This document shows, one piece after another, positions 58,131 to 64,000 of a DNA stretch of 64,000 nt (position 1 is the stretch's first letter; every line of letters starts with the position of its first letter). The notes under the pieces were generated by a model that searched no databases, was not told the origin of the DNA, and worked only from the letters and a program-made list of their open reading frames with translations. The stretch comes from an uncultured Verrucomicrobiae bacterium (lineage in GTDB: Bacteria; Verrucomicrobiota; Verrucomicrobiia; Chthoniobacterales; UBA10450), in the NCBI GenBank assembly GCA_963735805.1, contig CAVTMK010000001.1, positions 320,001-384,000 on the forward strand, in the 5' to 3' direction. The translations under genes were made by a program, and so were the position numbers.

Positions 58131-58709
58131 TCATTCTGCATGTTTCGCCTCGATCTCGATGTTGATCGTGACTGTCTGGCTGATTCCGGAGACTGACTCG
58201 GCCGCGGGCGCGAACATCAGGTTGAAGTCGCGTCGTGTGACTGGATCAACTGTTACGGCCCAGCGCGTCCGGTTCGTCTCGTTGAGCGGTGTTAGCAGTT
58301 TGACGTGGAGTGTGACCGGTTTGGTCACGCCATGCATGGTCAGGTCACCCAGGATGTCGCCGGTTTGTGACCCGGTTTGCTTTACTCTTCGGCTTTTGAA
58401 TGTCATTTCGGGGAATTTTTCCACGTTAAAAAATTCTGCGCTGCGCAAATGATCATCTCGTTTTTTGATCCGCGTATCAATGCTCCGCACCTCGATCCGA
58501 GCCGTCACCGACGAATTCTCCGGGTGCTGGCGGTCAACATCGATTTTGCCATTGAACTTCGTGAACTTTCCCGGAGTGGTGCCAAGAAATTGGTGAACGC
58601 TGAAACCGATCGTCGAGCCTGACGGATCGAACGTGTACGTCTCATTCGCCCATGCGGCAGAATTCAGCCCAGCGATTAAAACTGCAGCGATAAGATTACG
58701 TCGTTTCAT
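58131..58709 (-). CDS. YceI family lipid/polyisoprenoid-binding protein
   Basis: SIDT...RDDHLRS.EFF and GDLTMHGVTKPV motifs. Confidence 0.92.
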   Translation of the reverse strand: MKRRNLIAAVLIAGLNSAAWANETYTFDPSGSTIGFSVHQFLGTTPGKFTKFNGKIDVDRQHPENSSVTARIEVRSIDTRIKKRDDHLRSAEFFNVEKFPEMTFKSRRVKQTGSQTGDILGDLTMHGVTKPVTLHVKLLTPLNETNRTRWAVTVDPVTRRDFNLMFAPAAESVSGISQTVTINIEIEAKHAE

Positions 58710-59275
58710 TTGGAATTGTTCCGGCTTTTCGCCTTAGTCGCCAGTGTTTTCAACAGCGGCGTACGGGAAAGCGGCAGCCGGCCAAATAAATTTCCCAGGG
58801 CGAACGCAGGATCGGCTTTCAATTTTTTCTCGTCGTGCACGCCGGCAATTCGCGCGAGTTCTGTCTCAAAATGTGAAACTGCGCGGGCCGTCGGGTCGTT
58901 TACGTTGAGATAACCAAAAGCCCTGCGCAATAGCGCGAAAAGTTCCGGCTCTCGATGATCTCGCTCGGTGCAAATCTCAATTAACTCGACAAAATACGCT
59001 GCAGTCTGCGTGCGTATATAATTGCTGCGAATCCCGGCAAACGGATTTTTCAGCACAACTTCAGTGAGCGTATGCAGATCTGACTTCCTGCCCCGCACGA
59101 TGGAAATTTCAGCGTCAAAAAACAAATCCAACTTTCCTGCAAACGGACTCTTAGGGCGCCGCGCGCCCTTGGCCATTGTCTGGATGCAGCCAAAGTATTC
59201 TGTGCACCACGAGATGATCAGGCTCGTGTCGCTGAACTTTCGTCTCCGAAGAAGGATGGCAGCCGTGATCTCCAC
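58706..59275 (-). CDS. recO: DNA repair protein RecO
   Basis: SDTSLI, AKGARRPKS.FAGKLDLF; GTG start inferred. Confidence 0.88.
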   Translation of the reverse strand: MEITAAILLRRRKFSDTSLIISWCTEYFGCIQTMAKGARRPKSPFAGKLDLFFDAEISIVRGRKSDLHTLTEVVLKNPFAGIRSNYIRTQTAAYFVELIEICTERDHREPELFALLRRAFGYLNVNDPTARAVSHFETELARIAGVHDEKKLKADPAFALGNLFGRLPLSRTPLLKTLATKAKSRNNSK

Positions 59276-59301
59276 ACCACGAAAATAGCACACCGAGACA
59301 G

Positions 59302-59368
59302 TTGTAGAGATGCCTGTGCCAAGCACCTGTCTTGGATTCGGCGTTTGACACAAACGCCGCTACTACAT
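59302..59368. repeat. GTAG-type REP doublet
   Basis: TTGTAGAGATGCCTGTGCCAAGCACC ... GGCGTTTGACACAAACGCCGCTAC. Confidence 0.7.
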
Positions 59369-59413
59369 AACCACGCGTGATTTTGCAGTTGTCCCTTTCA
59401 CCAGCCATGATGA

Positions 59414-60715
59414 GTGATGCCGGAAGGGACTACTGAAACTGCTCGCGTACCAGAAGACGTGAGTGGACGGCCGCGTCGCGTGCCTATCGGCAGCGTGACA
59501 TGGCGGCACACATTCCGCGCGTTAAAGCATCGCAATTATCGGCTTTTTTTTGGAGGGCAACTAATTTCGCTGGTTGGCACGTGGATGCAGCAAACCGCGA
59601 TGAGTTGGTTTGTCTATGAAATTACGAATTCAAAGCTGCTGCTGGGTATCGTCGCTGCCATGGGGTCTGCTCCGATGATGTTGTCCGCAAGTTGGGGCGG
59701 CTCCCTCGCCGATCGTCATCCGAAGCGCTCGATCCTCCTCGCGACCCAGACGGCCCAAATGATTTGCGCATTCCTTCTTGCGGGCGGTGTTTGGGCGGGT
59801 TTCGCCACGCCCTCGTTCATAATCATTATCGCTGCGTTGAACGGTGTTGCCATGGGTTTTGATATGCCCGCACGGCAGGCGTTCACAGTCGAAATGACAA
59901 GCCGTGAAGATTTGCTAAACGCGATCTCACTCAACAGCTCGATCGTAAATGGCGCCCGTGTTGTCGGTCCGTCTGTCGCTGGTTTGCTGATCGGGTGGGT
60001 TGGCGTTGCAATGTGTTTTTTCCTGAATGGTCTCACGTTTGTTGCGGTAATCGCCGGTCTGCTCATGATGCGCTTACCGCCGTTTCAACGGCCGGCACAC
60101 GTCGTCTCTACCAGTCAACACGCCTGGAATGGCATCGTATATTCACTGAAACATCAGCGAGTGCGGACGATTCTGCTGCTCTTCCTCGCAGTGGGCGTGT
60201 TCGGGTGGTCATACGGTGTAATGATGCCGGCTTTCGCACGCGACGTCCTCGGCCGCGGCGCGAACGGTTTCGGCATCCTGATGTCGGCGAGTGGAATCGG
60301 CGCTTTAATCGGCGCCCTGGTAGTGGCCACTTATGGGCATCTGTTTGCACCGCGAAGACTGGCGCTCGGCGGCATCTGGTTGTTTTCGATTGCGCTATTT
60401 GCCCTTTCGCTTACCCGGAATTTTTATCTCGCACTCGTGTTTCTCCTTGTCGCCGGATTTGGAATGCTCTTGTTTTTCTCCACATCCAACACCGTGCTGC
60501 AGACCATTGTGCCAGATGAAATGCGAGGGCGCGTGATGGGTGTTTGGTCGCTTGTCTTCGGCGCGATGATCCCACTAGGCAGTCTCGAAGCCGGAGCGGT
60601 TGCGAATTGGCTGGGCACACCATTCGCGCTCGCGTTCGGGGCAATCATTTGTGCAGCCTCTGCGCTGGTGACGCTGCTCGTAATTCGGCGACGGGAGGCC
60701 GGGAACGCCAGATAA
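59414..60715 (+). CDS. MFS transporter (MFS_3/EntS-like)
   Basis: GTWMQ, GGSLADR, PARQA and MRGRVM motifs; 12 TM segments. Confidence 0.92.
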   Translation: MMPEGTTETARVPEDVSGRPRRVPIGSVTWRHTFRALKHRNYRLFFGGQLISLVGTWMQQTAMSWFVYEITNSKLLLGIVAAMGSAPMMLSASWGGSLADRHPKRSILLATQTAQMICAFLLAGGVWAGFATPSFIIIIAALNGVAMGFDMPARQAFTVEMTSREDLLNAISLNSSIVNGARVVGPSVAGLLIGWVGVAMCFFLNGLTFVAVIAGLLMMRLPPFQRPAHVVSTSQHAWNGIVYSLKHQRVRTILLLFLAVGVFGWSYGVMMPAFARDVLGRGANGFGILMSASGIGALIGALVVATYGHLFAPRRLALGGIWLFSIALFALSLTRNFYLALVFLLVAGFGMLLFFSTSNTVLQTIVPDEMRGRVMGVWSLVFGAMIPLGSLEAGAVANWLGTPFALAFGAIICAASALVTLLVIRRREAGNAR

Positions 60716-60746
60716 TTTCAAACGGTTCGCCTGGTTTCGCGGGCGA

Positions 60747-62153
60747 TTACCGGTTAATGATATGCAACGCGCGTTTCTCCACATTGAGCGCGGCTTCTCT
60801 GACTGCTTCGCTCAAGGTAGGGTGTGAGTGACAGGTGCGGCCGATATCTTCGGAGCTGCCGCCAAATTCAATCACCGAAACCGCCTCGGCGATCAGCTCC
60901 GAAGCGGTGTGATGCAAAATGTGTGCGCCTAGAACGCGATCGGTTCTTGCGTCGGCAACAAATTTCACCATTCCTTCCACATCATCGCTACATAGCGCCC
61001 GGCTATTGGCTCGGAACGGAAATTTTCCGATCCGCACATCCATCCCTTTTTCTTTCGCCTGATCTTCGGTCAAACCGACCCCGGCCAGCTCCGGATTTGT
61101 GTAAATGATACTGGCAATGGCCTCGTAGTTCACATGGCCGGCCTTGCCCGCAATGATTTCCACGCAGGCGATTCCTTCGTCTTCAGCTTTGTGCGCGAGC
61201 ATCGGACCAGCGATCACATCTCCGATGGCATAAATGCCTTCGACGTTTGTGCGGAAATGATCGTCGACTTTGATGCGCTTCTTTTCGTCAAACTCCACAC
61301 CGGCTTTTTCAGCGCCCAAACCGTCTGAGAACGGGCGACGCCCGACTGAAACAAGCACTTTGTCTCCTTCGAATTTCAGTTCCTGACCGTCTTTAGTGGC
61401 AGTTACCGTTGCGCGACCATTGTCCATCTTCACCGCGCTGACCTTTGCTTCCAGGTGGAAGGTCATTCCCTGCGCGGTAAGTAAACGCTGAAGCAGATTC
61501 GCGAGCTCAAGGTCGAAACCGAGTGCAATGCGGGGCAAAAATTCCAATATCGTCACTTCCGAACCGAGACGGTTCCAAACCGAGCCGAGCTCTAAACCTA
61601 TCGCGCCCGCCCCGATTACGACGAGCTTCTTTGGAGCCTCGGCGAACGTAAGCGCTTCGGTGCTGCTCACGATAGTTTTGCCGTCAAATTTCGCGAATGG
61701 CAGTTCCACAGGGGCGCTGCCGGTGGAAATGACGATGTTTTTTGTTTCGATCTCCTGCGTCTCGCCCGCGGAGGATTTAATCGAGACTTTTCCAGGCGCA
61801 GTAATGGTGCCTATACCTTCGAGGACCGTGACCCTGTTTGCCTTCATCAAGGAGCGCACCCCGCTGTTAAATGTCTTCACGACCTTGTCCTTGCGCTGTT
61901 GCATCTTCGCCAAGTCGGCATGCGCGCCCTCGATCACGATGCCGTGTTTGGCGGCTTCCTTTTTAACGAACATGAAATGATCGCTCGAAGTGAGAAGCGC
62001 TTTGCTCGGGATGCAGCCTACGTTCAAGCACGTGCCGCCCAGTTCTTTGCATTTCTCTACTAGCGCAGTCTTTAAACCAAGCTGGCCAGACCGAATCGCG
62101 GCGATATAACCGCCCGGTCCCGAGCCAATGATAACAACATCAAATTTTTCCAT
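60747..62153 (-). CDS. lpdA: Dihydrolipoyl dehydrogenase
   Basis: GSGPGG, GGTCLNVGCIPSK and HPTLSE motifs. Confidence 0.97.
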   Translation of the reverse strand: MEKFDVVIIGSGPGGYIAAIRSGQLGLKTALVEKCKELGGTCLNVGCIPSKALLTSSDHFMFVKKEAAKHGIVIEGAHADLAKMQQRKDKVVKTFNSGVRSLMKANRVTVLEGIGTITAPGKVSIKSSAGETQEIETKNIVISTGSAPVELPFAKFDGKTIVSSTEALTFAEAPKKLVVIGAGAIGLELGSVWNRLGSEVTILEFLPRIALGFDLELANLLQRLLTAQGMTFHLEAKVSAVKMDNGRATVTATKDGQELKFEGDKVLVSVGRRPFSDGLGAEKAGVEFDEKKRIKVDDHFRTNVEGIYAIGDVIAGPMLAHKAEDEGIACVEIIAGKAGHVNYEAIASIIYTNPELAGVGLTEDQAKEKGMDVRIGKFPFRANSRALCSDDVEGMVKFVADARTDRVLGAHILHHTASELIAEAVSVIEFGGSSEDIGRTCHSHPTLSEAVREAALNVEKRALHIINR

Positions 62154-62289
62154 ACGTTAATCTGTCATTCGGACTGAAGTGGAGCAATCATCCAGGCCGA
62201 AGCGGGACGGCATCCCAAAACGTGGCCGTCGCTGCAAGGTCATGTTAGGCTACCGTCTTGGTGTGCGGCAGTGCTTTGCCGCATTTATT

Positions 62290-63582
62290 CTAAAAATCCA
62301 CGGGTAGTTTTTTCGGATCCTCGATGCAGTCCTTCACTTTGACGAGAAAAGTGACAGCTTCCTTTCCATCGATCGCACGATGATCATAACTCAGTGCGAG
62401 GTACATCATCGGGCGAACTTCCACTTTGCCGTCCACGGCGACTGGTCGTGGCATGATCTTATGCATGCCGAGGATGCCGCTTTGTGGCGGATTTAAAATC
62501 GGTGTCGCAAAGAGCGACCCATAGACGCCGCCGTTTGTGATGGTGAACGTGCCCCCCTGCAAATCTTCGATCTTCAGTTTCCCATCGCGCGCTCGGCTGG
62601 CGTAATCGGCGATGTCGCGCTCCAAGTCCGCAAAGCTTTTCTTGTCCGCATCGCGAACGACTGGAACCACCAGTCCCCGCTCTGTGCCGACTGCCACTCC
62701 GATGTCATAGAAATTGTTTTGGATGAAATCCTCGTCCTCAACGTGGCCATTAACTACCGGCACGTCTTTAAGCGCTTCCACACATGCTTTAACAAAGAAC
62801 GACATCAAACCCAGTTTGACGCCGTTCTTTTTCGTGAACTCATCTTGCTTGTTCTTGCGCAATTCCTGGATGGCGCTCATGTCGCATTCGTTGAAGGTCG
62901 TGAGGATCGCTGCGGTGTGCTGCGCCATCACAAGTTGCTGTGCAATCTTACGACGCAACGGTGACATCTTTTTGCGAGTGAACCGCCCGTCAGTGGACGG
63001 TCCAACGTCGCGAGCTTCGACTTTTTCTTCGACTTTCACCGAAGTTACGGCGGACGAATCCGCCTTGCCGCGCTGTTGTGCTGCAGCCAGAACGTCTTGT
63101 TTTGTTAGGCGACCTCCTTCTCCGGTTCCGCGGATTTTTGCCGGCTCAAGCTTTTCTTCTTCGACAATCCGCCGCACCGCGGGCGAAAGAGTTGTTGTAG
63201 CCGCTGCCACTGGCAGCGGCTTGCCGCGGTCAGCGCCCGCGGTGACAGGAGCCTTTTCTTCGGCGGTCCTTTTCACGGACTCGGGCCCTTTTTCCTCAGG
63301 CTCTTTCTTTTTCGGTTTCTCTTCCCTTTTTTGGGCAGCCGGCCGGTTTGAGTCGTCGATTATGGCCACTACCTCGCCAATCTTTACTTCCTGTCCCTCC
63401 GGCACCTTTGTTTCCAGTACGCCCGCTTTTTCGGCGACGATCTCGGTAGAAACCTTGTCAGTTTCGAGCGTGAACAGGGCCTCGCCTTCGTTGACGAAAT
63501 CTCCGGATTTCTTGTGCCAGGCGGAGACAACACCGCTGGTAATTGATTCACCAACGGCAGGAATTTTTACTTCGATAGCCAT
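62290..63582 (-). CDS. sucB: 2-oxoglutarate dehydrogenase E2 (dihydrolipoyl succinyltransferase)
   Basis: ETDKV lipoyl site, peripheral-subunit-binding domain and SYDHR..DG. Confidence 0.96.
   Translation of the reverse strand: MAIEVKIPAVGESITSGVVSAWHKKSGDFVNEGEALFTLETDKVSTEIVAEKAGVLETKVPEGQEVKIGEVVAIIDDSNRPAAQKREEKPKKKEPEEKGPESVKRTAEEKAPVTAGADRGKPLPVAAATTTLSPAVRRIVEEEKLEPAKIRGTGEGGRLTKQDVLAAAQQRGKADSSAVTSVKVEEKVEARDVGPSTDGRFTRKKMSPLRRKIAQQLVMAQHTAAILTTFNECDMSAIQELRKNKQDEFTKKNGVKLGLMSFFVKACVEALKDVPVVNGHVEDEDFIQNNFYDIGVAVGTERGLVVPVVRDADKKSFADLERDIADYASRARDGKLKIEDLQGGTFTITNGGVYGSLFATPILNPPQSGILGMHKIMPRPVAVDGKVEVRPMMYLALSYDHRAIDGKEAVTFLVKVKDCIEDPKKLPVDF
63195..63248. repeat. GTAG REP doublet in frame within the sucB linker
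   Basis: TTGTAGCCGCTGCCACTGGCAGCGGC-TTG-CCGCGGTCAGCGCCCGCGGTGACAG. Confidence 0.8.
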
Positions 63583-63697
63583 GCGTGAGAATTACGTAAG
63601 CTAATCGAGCGTCGCGGTCGAGTTACGTTTCGTCAATAGATATGCCATGTCTTCCGCCTGCATCCGCAAGGGGGCAAGAGCCATGGGGATTATGGTT

Positions 63698-64000
63698 CTA
63701 AATCGAGAACGCGTCAGCCACTAAGCGGGCTTGTTCGCGCTTATGGCGAGCCAACGAGCCGACGGCTGGGCTGGCGCTGGCTTCGCGGCCTGCGTAGGCA
63801 ATTTCGGTGCAAAAAATCGTGCGCAACCGCGGTTCGATGAAAGTCCAGGCGCCCATGTTTTCCGATTCTTCCTGACACCAAACCAGTTTCGCGCTCTTTG
63901 GAAATGGCTTGAGCATTTCGCGTAGCTTCTTTTCGGCTAACGGATAAAGCTGCTCGACGCGAATGATCGCTGCGTCGTCGATCTTACGTTCGGTTCGATA
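63698..64000 (-). CDS. sucA: 2-oxoglutarate dehydrogenase E1, C-terminal part (truncated by window edge)
   Basis: IRVEQLYP, WCQEE..NMGAW and GREASASPAVG motifs. Confidence 0.95.
   Translation of the reverse strand, partial: YRTERKIDDAAIIRVEQLYPLAEKKLREMLKPFPKSAKLVWCQEESENMGAWTFIEPRLRTIFCTEIAYAGREASASPAVGSLARHKREQARLVADAFSI

Overview
A 64-kb bacterial chromosome segment with GC content in the mid-50s percent, estimated by eye. Protein style and repeat content suggest a soil Verrucomicrobiota member (Chthoniobacterales/'Ca. Udaeobacter'-like); this is an inference, not checked. The backbone is housekeeping: tadA, acs, cutA, mnmA, mpg, secA, ridA, pyrE, pcm, thrS, recQ, pxpBCA, recO and sucA-sucB-lpdA. 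Non-routine content: (1) an integron cassette array without an integrase (CALIN) at about 15.9-19.3 kb, with six clear attC sites and an attI-like site at its head. (2) Dense palindromic repeats from three families (GTAG, CGTC/TGTCAT and GTGG), many inserted in frame inside conserved genes (mnmA, sucB, pxpB, pxpC, yyaL, an ArnT-like gene). (3) A ~70-bp non-palindromic micro-element found twice, each time inside a REP hairpin and flanked by an AA duplication. (4) A ~75-aa insertion in the catalytic domain of ThrRS. (5) A 41-50 kb cluster of secreted paralogous, Sel1, TPR and LprI-like proteins that resembles a poly-immunity locus. Four genes carry single +1 frameshifts that are probably sequencing errors. 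No tRNA, rRNA, CRISPR array, transposase or integrase was recognised.
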